Under the pieces are notes generated by a model. It saw only the letters and a program-made list of their open reading frames with translations, was not told where the DNA came from and ran no database searches. A stretch of DNA of 64,000 nt from the human T2T-CHM13v2.0 reference genome, Homo sapiens: the NCBI RefSeq assembly GCF_009914755.1, contig NC_060936.1; one strand, 5' to 3'. A program made the translations under genes and the position numbers. The number at the start of each line of letters is the position of its first letter. Within the stretch, counting starts at the first letter, position 1. Of the stretch, positions 1 to 13,195 are shown piece after piece.

Positions 1-101
1 ATAGAAATATAGCATGATTAACCAAAATTTTGTGTTATGAACCACTGAAAATTTAGGGTTCTTTGTTACCAAGACGTAACTCAGACTATGCTGACTGATA
101 C
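1..101 (+). mobile_element. 3' end of MLT1-type (ERVL-MaLR) LTR
   Basis: Ends ...ttgttacc...ctgactgataca, the typical MLT1 terminus. Confidence 0.55.
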
Positions 102-3100
102 AGAGCCCTAACAGGGGATCCTGATACCCAAGCACCACACAGAAATATTTGAGTAACTGCCCAGATTCTCATGCAATATGCTTTTCAGAAGCCACGTTGC
201 CTTCTTTCCTTTGTAGTTTAAAATGCGTGCGCACACACGTGCGCGCGCACAGATGTGCTCACATTCATGGACATAATGAGCCACTGCTGATAAACAGACA
301 TCACTTCCAAGTTAAGCTTTTCTGGATAAAAGAGAAAATAAAACCCAGAAGGAGAAAAATGTATATAATATGACAGCCATGGATTTGATCTTGCTGGAAA
401 ACGACTCTGCTTTGAAAAACTCATTGTAGCCCCTCTGCAACCAAGCTGAGAAATTTTGATTAAACCACATTTCTTGCCCCGACACCTGAAAATTGCCAGT
501 GACTGCTATCTAAATCCAGAGATTTTCATCTGGGCCTATCACTTAAAACAGTTCCTTGGCATATCTGATCCATCTTCTTGAAGATCCGTTGTTCTCTACC
601 ACCACCACAACATAAAAAGGCTAAGAAAAGAGAAAGATTTTCATCACCAGTGCTTACAGGCAAGCTTAATGGAGTACAAGAGAAAGGCTCATGGGCTTCA
701 TTTTTAACTTGCTTGAACTCCCTGTGACAGCTGGCAAAAACTTGATCAAATCAAATCTTCAGATGCTGTGACTCTACCACGTCAGGCCAGAATGGAAAAG
801 CTTTTGTTTCAGCCGAATCCAGGCCTTATCACCTCATTCTGCCACTCACACTTCCTCAGTCCACCCACAAATCCTCCAGGATTTATTGCAGATGTAGCAA
901 GCTTGCTGGAAATAATGGTACAAGCAAAGAGGCTAGTCGGCTATCGACTCCAAGCTCTGGGTAATACCAATGGGAAATTATTTGCACAAAAGGTGCGCTG
1001 GGGTGACAAATGAAGAGGGGCTGGCCCATTGAAGATGCTGGGACTTAGACAAAGCTAACACACTAATACCAAGCCACTAGCTTTATCTGATTACTTCTGG
1101 GGCTGATGGCTCCCCACACGGCCCCCCTTTAGATCTCCCCACCCACCCACACTCTTGCGTAAAAGACACAGGTTGCTTTCTTTGGTGTGCAGTGTACCGT
1201 GAAATGGTAATCTAGAGAATTACTACATTTATATAAACCACAAAGTTTTGAGCCCCACAAAAACAATTTTCAGATCGACAATAAATTGTTTTTACACTGT
1301 TGACTAAAGAAAAATGTAACAGAGGAAGCGTTACATTATGACAAAGGGAATTAAGACTGATTTTTGCCCAGAAAGAGCAATTTTTTGGCATTATCTTAGA
1401 AAAATTTTTCTTGGACTCTGGTCAGACTTGATTTAGAAAAACATGCAGAACAATAGCAATTCCATTCTTCACCCATATTTTTGTAAAAGAAAATGTGTTA
1501 TTATTTCCCCCACTTTAATCTTTGAGTAGGCTTGTGTTTTAGGGTAACTTCTTGCATTCATTTTTGTTATTTTTGCTCAGTTTGCTCTCACTCTAAGCAG
1601 GTGCAATGCTAAATTCTGTGTGATGTAAAATGAGCTTAGTGTTCCTCATTATAAAAGCCCTCAGCTCTTAAAGTGAGAAAGACTTATCCTCATGAACAGT
1701 TTCTTCCTTTTTCTAATCTCCTCATTTTCACAGAAACAAAGTCGAATTCTTTTTTATCAGTGTCCTGATTAACTCTTAATGTCTTAAACCAATTTCATCA
1801 AAAAACTTCCCTTCACAGTGCTTCTCCTCAAGTTTGGTAAAAGCACAGTAGAATGAATAAACAATCAAATTTGAGCATCATTAATGCAACTCCAATGTGG
1901 TTTGGGAGTGAGGTGTTACCAGCAGAACACGAATATCAATTTCAGAAAAAAAAAGAAAATTTTTCTTCAGAATGTACTCTTAACATCTGTATTTATATAA
2001 TGATGTAACTTAAATAATGTGTAATGAGGCATATTTGAATAGAAAGTTGTTTACCTCACTCACAAAGATTCCCTCAAATGTCAATAGTTTCCAGTTCATT
2101 GATTATATTAGGTGAGAAATACATACGTCTTAATTGTAACATGGTTGAGGAGACACAACAGAGAACAAAATAGACTCCTGCTTTGGTGTTTAAAATATAC
2201 ACAATTAATTAGAAAGCTGTGTAAGTCAGCACCTTTTCAGCAAAGTTTCCTTCTCTGATTGCTCTTTGTTAATGTGTGTTACACATTCCTTGAAGTATAA
2301 TATTAATAAAAGGTGATTTGCAAACCAAGAAAATTCTACCAGTGTCATCTATTCTAAAATGCCCTTGGTCTGACTCATACTCACACAACGGCCAGCGCTG
2401 AGACACAGAATTAGGACCGTTTTCAAAGGAGAGGTCTCAAAGGCAATCCTTGGGGAAACTCACTCCTAAAATTATCTCCCAGCAGATTCGAGAGTCTCAA
2501 TCTTTCAGCTTTTCCCTTGATGATCCCTCCGCCTTGCTCTTCCTCATTGTGCATGGCCAGTCAAGCCTTCCAGTCTGGCTTGAACTTTCTATTCAGTACC
2601 CACACGTCTATGTATACGGTGGAAAGGAGTGTTTTCTCCATGTTGATTTTCAGTTTGTATCCTCCAAATTCTTTCTTAATGCAATTAAATTTTGCTTTGA
2701 TCAAAGAACCACACACACATAGTTTAATAAGATAAATGGAATAAATGTGTTTAAACAAAACCTGGAAATCTCCTGCCTTATTGTTCTCAGTCCACTCTTT
2801 AAAGACAGCCCTTTCCTGGCATCTTAGCTGTTTCTTCCATACTTTTTTTTTTTTAAGTGTCTTCTACTATGTGAATTTTAGACATTTTCTATTGTGTTTC
2901 TAAAGTGAAAGATGGTAATTTTCCACTTTTATGTTCCTCCTGCCTATTTTCCTCTCACATTATTCCAAATTATAATTCTATCACAATTTTTGGTTAAATA
3001 GATATGAGATATTTACATTGTTGTGTCTAGGTAAATGTTCTTTCCTGAGTCAAGTTGTGAAACAATTCTATTTTTCTGTTTGCCTAAACTTTATCTTGAA

Positions 3101-3429
3101 GCAATCATTTCATTTTTCCATTTCCAAATTTTTTTATATTTCTATAATTATAATTCTTCCCAAACTCACCACTGAACTATAAATCGCTTCCTAATATTCT
3201 TTCCCACACAGTTAGATACGTACATTTTCTACCACTTGCCTCTCTCCTCACCTGGAGGCTGCTTCCTTTTTCACTCTGTGGGGCCATCATCAGGGGACTT
3301 CTCATTGCTATTGCCTGAGAAAGCCTGTTGCCCCTTTGCCTCTTTTATGGGCTATATTGCATTTCATGAACACTGTTCTTCTGCTACCATTGGTAATATC
3401 CTCATCTTGGTGTAACACCCTCTATTTCT

Positions 3430-3947
3430 TTTTTTTTTTTTTTTTTTTTGCTTTTAGTTTTCTTTTATTAATTGTTTATGTAACTTAGACTGCTCATGAT
3501 CAATAAAACATACAGGAAGTTACAAGACCTTTTTCCATGACTATCACTAATTCAGTCAGGGTATTAGTAGTGAAGAAGAAAACACAATCTCAATATAAGC
3601 AAATATACCTAGTATCCAACAAAATAAGCTCTCAGCTGGGTGTGGTGGCATGTGCCTGTAGTCCCAGGTACTTGCGAGGATGAAGCAGGAGGATCGCTTG
3701 AGCCCAGGAGTTCGAGTAGGCAGAGCTATGATCGCACCACATCCAGCCCGGATGACAAAGCGAGACTCCATCTTGTAAAATCTCCTGCTGGAGCTCTCCA
3801 CCCTTTTTCCATCTGGATTGATTGTTCTTTAGTCTCAGCAAGCAGTGATCATTCTGTAGATTCCCTACAGCTCTTTGTTGGCTGGATTATTGTTTCCTGA
3901 GTTCTCTTTCTGGGTTTTCTCTCTTGCTTTTTTGGAGCATATCCTAC
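3430..3947 (-). mobile_element. Orphan L1-mobilised retrocopy (non-L1 3' end, poly(A), TSD)
   Basis: 16-bp direct repeat AACACCCTCTATTTCT at 3414-3429 and 3948-3963; poly-T 3429-3449; minus-strand AATAAA at 3464-3469; TTCT/AA endonuclease-type site. Confidence 0.85.
3633..3780 (+). mobile_element. Old Alu monomer (FAM/FRAM/AluJ-like) inside the retrocopy
   Basis: gctgggtgtggtggcatgtgcctgtagtccca...gcgagactccatct; single arm. Confidence 0.8.
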
Positions 3948-4044
3948 AACACCCTCTATTTCTAACAGAAGGTATACAGAAAGCTTTTTTGTGCATGTGG
4001 AGATTTTGTTTATCTAAACATCTTTAAAAACTAATGCAACCTCT

Positions 4045-4205
4045 GGTGGCACTTCCTCTTCTTATAAGGCCACCAATCCTATCTAATTAGGACCTCATCA
4101 TTAGGACCTCATTTAACCTTTATTACTTCCTAAAAGCCCTATCCAAAAACAGTCATGTTGGGAGTTAAGGCTTCAACATATAAACTTTAGAGGAATCCCA
4201 TTCAG
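4045..4205 (-). mobile_element. MLT1-type LTR fragment
   Basis: cttataaggccacc...acctcatttaacc...ggcttcaacatata resembles MLT1. Confidence 0.55.
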
Positions 4206-4214
4206 CAGCCTGAG

Positions 4215-4616
4215 CCTGTTACTACTAAGATTAAGTTATGAAAACTGTGGCTTCCATCTTAGGTTTTGTCTCTCAAATCACTTGCTGTGAGAGAAGCCAG
4301 CTGCCAGGCAACTTACGAAGCTGGCCAGGTGCTAAGGAATGAAGGCATCCAGCCAACATCCAGAGAGAAACTGAGTCCTGACACCAACCATGAGAGTGAG
4401 CAGGAAGGTCAGTTCTCCAGCCTTGAGAATCACAAGGCTAAGGCTGGGGAAGTCAACCTGATTGCAATCTAGTGAAAGACCCAGCTAAATCATTCAGAAC
4501 AACCAGCTAAATCATTCCTAGATTCCCGGCTCTCAGAAACAGTGGGAAACAGTAAATGCTTATTTTAAGCTACTATGTTCTGGAATAATGGTACACAGTA
4601 ATAGATAACTAATACA
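4215..4616 (+). mobile_element. MLT1-type LTR
   Basis: Terminus ...ttttaagctacta...atagataactaataca. Confidence 0.65.
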
Positions 4617-4624
4617 CAGTGGCA

Positions 4625-5620
4625 CTTGTCAGATATATATGTTGCAAATATTTTTCTCAGTCCCTTTTGCTCCCTCAACATTATTGTTTGAAAGCATTTT
4701 TTTAAATTTTAAGGTACATTTTATAATTTTTTCTTTCATAAAGAGTACATTTAGTGTCCTATATAAGAAACTTTGCCTAAACAAAATTTTATCTTAAGTT
4801 TTCTTCTAGAACTTTAACAGTTGTAGCTCTTATAATATTTGATTCATTTTGAACTAAATATTGTACATAGTGTGAGATAAGGTTTAATATTTATTACCTA
4901 TATTTTTTCTTTCCACAAAGATAACCATGTGTTACCTTTTTAAAACATAACTTCAATATTCTTATTACCCACCAAAATTAATAATTATTCCTTAATATAA
5001 TTATTCTTTAATATCATCAAATACCTGGTCAATGTTGATATTTGATTGTCTTATACATGTGTTTCTCCTTTTCACAGTTTGTTTATTCAAATTGGGATCA
5101 AAAGGAGGTCCATAAAATGCAGTTAACTAATGTATTTGTTTCCTCTTTTCATTTAGATGTTTTCCTTTTATGTTTTTTGTTTAACGTTGTTGAAGAAACA
5201 GGTTATTTGTTCTTTAGTGTCTCAAATAGTTTGAGTTTTGCTAACTACATCTCTCTGGTGGTGTTGAATGTGTTCCTCAGTTCCCTATATGTTTAGTGAA
5301 TTTGTTGACCAGACTCAGGTTCAGATTTTGGGGGGAGGGCAAAACTATTTCATGGATAGTGTTGGGTATATCCATCAGCAGGCACATGACATCTGTTTGT
5401 CTCTCTTTTTGTGATGTTAGTAGCTACCAAAAGTCATTGTCTATGTTCATTAAATCACTGGGAGTTGAGACATAGTAGAATGTTAATTCTATTATTTTAT
5501 CGTTATTAGCATAGTTAATTCTATTATTTTATCATTATTTATCATTATCATCATACTTCCCTAAAAAAACACTTGTCCTTACTACTTATCCAATTTGGCT
5601 ATCCTGAAACATAGTATCTA
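4625..5620 (-). mobile_element. Degraded ancient L1M fragments
   Basis: T-rich with L1-like stretches (gttgcaaatattttttctcag, ttttcttctagaactttaacag). Confidence 0.45.
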
Positions 5621-5959
5621 TGATTATTGTAGGCATCCTCCTGACTTTAACAATAAACATTTGGCTCCAGATATGTTTGAAACTCATTGATAACCTACTA
5701 TTCTGCAGTTAGATACACACACGCACTACATATATATATATATGGTGTATGTATGCATATATATATATAATTAAGACATTATACTACTTTAAGTGATTAT
5801 ATTATTAAAGTTCTACAATAATGAAAATACTATGCAAACTTTGGATGTTTTTACCAAATCTCAGAATAAGGTCACAATTTAAAATGCTGGAATTAAAAAA
5901 AATATTTTAGGTCACAATCAAAGGCAGTATTGCTCAAAGCTGAAGAATCCTTAGGCTTA

Positions 5960-6140
5960 TGATGTGCCAGGTACTAAGTACTTTCCATAAGAGATCTCAT
6001 CCTCTTAACAATAGTACAGTGCTACTGTCATTCCCATTTCACAGAGGAGGAAACTGATGCCAGGAGAATGACTTGCCCAAGCTCAAGTAAGTGATAGGAT
6101 CAGGATTGGAACTTATGGTGTCTAACTCCAGATCCTACTC
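5960..6140 (-). mobile_element. MIR
   Basis: MIR core: cccatttcacagaggaggaaactga...gacttgcccaag. Confidence 0.65.
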
Positions 6141-7989
6141 AAGATTATCATTGCTTTCAACCACACAAAAATTTTGTAAATCTCTTTATTGAACAGAGAT
6201 TAGGCATCTCTCCCCAAATCAGCTAGCTAGACTCTAGAAGGGCTTGAATTAATTTGGGGATATGTGTTCTTGTGTTCAAAGGGAAGCATGCATATCTAAA
6301 GCATAAGTGTTTATGCTTCACTAGCATAGCAAAGCATATGTCCTCAGTGCCAGCAAAACAGAAGCCATCCCAGGAACACTGGCCAGCACTCCTTCCTCTC
6401 CCCTGGATCTTCGTGCAGTTGTACCATCTTTAGTTTTCTCGAGGAGATTCAACACACGGGTGCAAAAAATGAAAGTCAAGGATCAAATAGGAAAATCTGT
6501 CCAGAGGAATCTAGGGATCTGAGAAAAACTCACCAGAAAGTTTCCGATTGCTGCAGTTCTACTGTTTCATTTTTGACCATGGACTATGAGTCCCCCAGCT
6601 GTCTTTTCCCCATAATTTGTATTTAAAATCTGAGTTCTCTGCCTTTGGACTGAGTCTGGGGTTTTCAATAGGACAGAATTTCATGAATCTCATTTTCCAT
6701 GGATTGATACCCAGCACATGAGCTGAGAAAAAGTGGACCAGCTTATTTTTAAGTCCTGTTTGTTCAACAATGATCAGATGAAAGGACAATGATCATGATT
6801 AACAATGACAATGATCACTAATGCTCTTTAAGTACTTCCTTAACAGAGTTTGGCACTTTTCTAAGCACTTTGTATGTAATACCCCATTTAATATTCAGGT
6901 GGCTTAACTTGAATACTGAACTTGTTCCCATCAAGTTTGAACAAGGAGCCTGTTCTCTGAATAATTACACTATAGCTTCCATGACTGGATGCTTGTGCCT
7001 TAGAATATTAGCTTTGTCAGATATCACAGAAGATAAAAAGAAAAATTTCATTGTACAGTCCATTAGTACAAGTCTGTAGTTTCTCCTTTTCTTTTTGTCC
7101 TGTAGGGATGATTTGGGGGCTATTCAGATGCTTCACGAAGGCTTGTTGAATGATGTCTATCTTTGTGAGGAAGAAACAGAGGCACAGAACAATGGTCTGA
7201 ACATCCTCCTTTCCAAATTACTGACAAATGCAGTTTCTACTGACTGGGTCCCACCTCACTTTAGTGGGACCAGCTCAGTTATCCCCGCACGGAGATCTGG
7301 TTTATCCAGCAAGTGGCATCCTAATTCAAAAGACGGGCCAACAAGCTGTGATTTTAAAAATTTATCCTGAGTAATAAGATTGCTGATGTAAGAGCAAATC
7401 GAGATCACCCCAAGAAAATCAAGTTCTCCCCAGGGAAGATATTTTAGGGGGAAACATCTCCATTGCCCTTATTGGTTGTGTGGAAATAACGGTCATAGTT
7501 AAGGGAGTCCACTGAAAATCCCAAGAGATTTTCTCCAACTTAGCGGGATGAGTCTATTGAATTGCTTATCACTATTTCTGTTGCATCTTTCCAAGCTTGG
7601 CCCATGGAGGGAGGGAGTTTTTGTTGATGCCGTGCCACCATCACCATCCCCTGACATCCTGACCTCTTTACTTACCTTTCCTAGACCAAACCTCACCAAA
7701 ATTGTCCAAATAGTTTTCCTTCTCTGCAGAAGGCTGCACCATGTTCCCAGGAATAAATCTACTATGCAACATTCCTCTCGAGCAAGAATATTCTCTATAT
7801 ACCAAAGACAATACTCTGCAGTGGCAGTTCATTTGATTTAGCAAAATGATTCTTAATACATATTTATTGCATGGAAGAGAAAGTACTAATCTTTCCCAAA
7901 AGACAAAGGGGGAAATCTCAGTGCAGGGGAAGAAATAAACATGTCTTGAACCCCCATTTGTGCCACAATATTGTTCTGGATGTTTTATT

Positions 7990-8170
7990 ATATTAATACT
8001 AACACTTTATTATATTAATACTAACACTAACTCTGACACTGATACTAATAATAATGATTATACCAATACTAATGCAAATATAAATACATATATTAATATT
8101 AATACCAAAACTCATATATATATACTAATACAAGTATTAATAAAAATCTGATAATGACACTGGTGCTAAT
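7990..8170. repeat. Degenerate AT-rich (ACTAAT)n-like low-complexity repeat
   Basis: Repeated actaat/aatact units. Confidence 0.6.
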
Positions 8171-9110
8171 AAAATATTTCTCAGGGATTTTTCTGCATGG
8201 AAGGACCTCCACTTGAGTATCCCTCCTGGCCTCTTACCCCATCACTTCTGTATCCCTCTCCACAGAGAAGGAATGAGTAACCTAATGGATGAGTAACAGC
8301 CTCTGATCAATTAAAAGGCTATAACCCCCAAAGATTTATTCTCTTTTCATCTCTCTTTGCCCAGACAGCATCTACAAAAGGCAGTAATCCTGGATAAGAG
8401 ATTCTGCTCTGTCCTTCACACTTTGTATAAAGGCTGGGATTTCAGGGCTGGTGCCTTCAAAGAGGAAAGCAAGCCAGCCCATCTGAATGATCAAGAAAGT
8501 GCACCCTCCAACCTAGCTCTATCCATAGCAAAGCTGATGCTGTGATGTCCACCCTTAGACAGAATGAAAATGCCTGAGCCTTGGAACACAGTACTCAAAA
8601 GAGAAATAGAAATGAGACTTTCTAAACATGCTGGATGAGAAAGAAAAACCTGGGAATAAGGTTTCCTCTGCTGCAAATTTCTAAATCTTCTAAGAAGACA
8701 TAAATATCTCAAGTGTCTCCCTCTCGGAGAGGAGAAAATAGAGTTCATTCTCACAGAGTGCATTCTCTCATGTCATGCCAGCCTACCATATCAAAAGGCA
8801 AAAATGATGTTGACCTAATTTCTCGAAGGGAGAGTTCTCCCAGTTGTGGTCAAAGTCACCGATCACAGATTCAGAGAGAAGTTTGGACTCTCTGGCATAC
8901 ATACTGACCAAGAAACTAAGATAAATTTTCTCTCTGTCTTTCCTTCTTCTCTCTAATATGAGCCTATGGTCTTTGGCAACACAATTATTGGATTCTAGGA
9001 ATAGGATTCTTTCTGAGGTGACAGCTCTAGGGAGTATGGATTCGCTTCTTTGCAGGTTTGGGGTCAGATGTATAATTATTTGTGTTCTGTTATTTCTTTT
9101 TACACTTTAA

Positions 9111-9987
<877 letters not shown>

Positions 9988-10026
9988 TGAAGTGCTGAAA
10001 CATGCTTGTTAAAAGAAGCTGCTTCT

Positions 10027-10337
10027 TAGATGAGTGCAGCGGCTCACACCTGTAATCTCAGCATTTTGGGAGGCCGAGGCGAGAGAATCACTTGAAGCTA
10101 GTTCAAGACCAGCCTGGTCAGCATAGCAAGACCCTGTCTTTACAAAAAAACACACAAACAAACAAAAAATTAGCTGAGTGTCATGGTGCATGCATGTAGT
10201 CCTAGCTACTTGGGAGGCTGAGGCAGGAGGATCCCTTGAGCCTCAGAGGTCGAGGCTGCAGTGGGCCATGATCATACCACTGCCCTTCAGCTTAGGGGTG
10301 ACAGAGTGAGACCCTGTCTCAAAAAAAAAAAAAAAAA
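10027..10337 (+). mobile_element. AluJ
   Basis: gaggtcgaggctgcagtg and gagaccctgtctc followed by an A-tail. Confidence 0.85.
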
Positions 10338-10788
10338 GCTACTTCCAAAAAATTAGATATAACTCCTTTTTCTGCTGTTACTGCTCACTCCAGAACACCG
10401 TACAGATCACAGACACATCTCCCCATGCTGTGCCGGCTACTTTCCTACTCAAAACCTTCATGAGAGGCTTGCCACTACTTACAGAACTCAGTCTGAAGCT
10501 TAGTGTGCAGTGAAATGTTTTTCACAAAGAAAGAACTGCTATTCCTCTCTATATATAGTTATATATATTTGCTCACAGCCTTTCCTTCCTTGTAGAGCCC
10601 CCCTTACTCCCATGCTGCATCAATCTGTCCCTTCCTAGTGTGGTCCCAGGGGTCCTTGCTAACATCTTTCTTATCAGAGCCCCTGGTTATCTCACTTACT
10701 GTTGAAATCCTGACACATTTCTTGTCTATACCATTCATTTGTTGCTGCATATCTCATCATCCCTTTTCACTTATAGAAACGAAATCCT

Positions 10789-11085
10789 CGGCCAGGCACG
10801 GTGGCTCACGCCTGTAATCCCAGCATTTTGGGAGGCGAGGTGAGTGGATTACCTGAGGTCAGGAGTTCGAGACTATCCTGGCCAACATGGCAAAACCCGT
10901 CTCTACTAAAAATACAAAAATTGGCTGAGTGTGGTGGTGCACTCCTGTAATCCCAACTACTCAAGAGGCTGAGGCAGGAGAATCACTTGAACCTGGGAGG
11001 CGGAAGTTGCGGTGAGTGGAGATCTCACCAATGAACTCCAGCCTGGGCAACAAGAATGAACTCCGCTTCAAAAAAAAAAAAAAAA
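10789..11085 (+). mobile_element. AluS
   Basis: ggccaggcacggtggctcacgcc...A-tail. Confidence 0.9.
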
Positions 11086-11716
11086 GTCTTTCTTTCTCCC
11101 CACTAGAATATACTCTTCCTGAGGTCAGGAAAAATAGACTAAACCTGGTTTTAGCTACAGACAATGGTTGCACAATATTGGCACTTAATAAAATAATTTC
11201 AAGTTGACAGTGATGTCCTCTGAATATTTACTCCCTGTACACTCTTTGACCTCTCTAGTACTGAGCATAGGGATTTGAATTGGTGCCACTAAATACTAGT
11301 GGCAAACTGCAAAACCGAAGTATTCTGGGAAATGCTTCACTGGACTCTTGCATCTGTCTTAGGTAATTCTGGTACTACCCAGACACGGCAGGCAGAGGCA
11401 GAGGTGTCTACTTTTTATTTGAATTGTGGAGTCAGGCTGTGGACTGTGACAAGTGGCTCAGGATTTTGGCTCAAAAGGAGAAAATATATAATCATCTCTG
11501 TTACATGCACTAATAAAGGAGAAATATGAGGCAGAAAATAAGAAAAGCTATTTGTCCTTTCTGGTCATTTCCACAGTAGATTGACCTTTCCAATTTACAG
11601 AATGAGAATTGCAAAAAATTAAAAAATAAAAAAATCTTAGCAAGAATCTTATTAACTGCCATTTTACATTTGAATTGTTACCACAACCCTGTTATGCAAT
11701 CTCTGAACACGTAGAA

Positions 11717-13195
11717 GAGATTCCCTCAGGTGTCTACACCACCAGGGCCCTGGGTTTCAAGCACAAAACTGGGTGGCTGTTTGGGCAAACACTGAGCTAG
11801 CTGCAGGAGTTTTTTTTCATATCCCAGTGGCACCTGGAATGCCAGGGAGACAGAACTGTTCATTCCCCTGGAAAGGGGGCTGAAGCCAGGGAGCCAAGTG
11901 GTCTAGGTCAGTGGATCCCACTCCCATGGAGGTCTTGACTCTTTATCCAATTTGCCAGTCTGTGTCTTTTAATTGGGGCATTTAGCCTGTTTCCATATGC
12001 AGAAAACTGAAACTGGACCCCTTCCTTACACCTTATACAAACATTAACTTGAGATGGATTAAAGACTTAAACATAAGAACTAAAACCATAAAAACCCTAG
12101 AAGAAAACCTAGGCAATACCATTCAGGATATAGGCATGGGCAAAGACTTCATGAGTGAAACACCAAAAGCAATGGCAACAAAAGCCAAAATTGACAAATG
12201 GGATCTAATTAAACTAAAGAGCTTCTGCACAGCAAAAGAAACTGTCATCAGACTGAACAGACAACCTACAGAATGGGAGAAAATTTTTGCAATCTATCCA
12301 TCTGACAAAGGGCTAATATCCAGAATCTACAAGGAACATAAACAAATTTACAAGAAAAAAACAAATAAGCCCATCAAAAAGTGGGCAAAGGATATGAACA
12401 GACACTCCTCAAAAGAAGACTTTTATGTGGCCAACAAACATATGAAAAACCGCTCATCATCCCTGGCCATCAGAGAAATGCAAATCAAAACCACAATGAG
12501 ATACCATCTCACACCAGTTAGAATGGCGATCATTAAAAAGTCAGGAAAAAACAGATGCTGGCAAGGATGTGGACAAATAGGAATGCTTATACACTGTTGG
12601 TGGAAGTGTAAATTAGTTCAACCATTATAGAAGACAGTGTGGCAATTCCTCAAGGATCTAGTACCAGAAGTAACATTTGACCCAGCAATCCCATTACTGG
12701 GTATATACCCAAAGCATTATAAATCATCCTACTATAAAGACACATGCAAATGTATGTTTATTGCAGCACTATTTACAATAGCAAAGACTTGGAACCAACC
12801 CAAATGCCCATCAATAATAGACTGGATAAAGAAAATGTGGCACATATACATCATGGAATATTATGCAGCCATAAAAAGGATGAATTCATGTCCTTTGCAG
12901 GGACATGGATGAAACTGGAAACCATCATTCTCAGCAAACTAACACAGGAACAGAAAACCAAACGCCACACGTACTCACTCATAAGTAGGAGTTGAATAAT
13001 GAGAACACATGGACACAGGGAGGGGAACATCTCACACCAGGGCCTCTCAGGGGGTGGGATAGCATTAGGAGAAATACCTAATGCAGATGACGGGTTGATG
13101 GGTGCAGCAAACCACCATGGCATGTGTATACGTATGTAACAAACCTACACGTTCTGCACATGTATCCCAAAACTGTAAGTATAATAAAAAAATAA
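11717..13195 (+). mobile_element. Rearranged L1PA: 5'UTR piece, short inverted ORF2-start piece, then 3' 1.2 kb
   Basis: 5'UTR-like 11717-11931; antisense ORF2-start 11931-11992; sense ORF2 C-terminus, 3'UTR and A-tail from 11993. Confidence 0.85.
12049..12912 (+). pseudogene. L1 ORF2p C-terminal fragment, disrupted
   Basis: [47 protein letters not shown]; in-frame stop near 12630. Confidence 0.9.
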
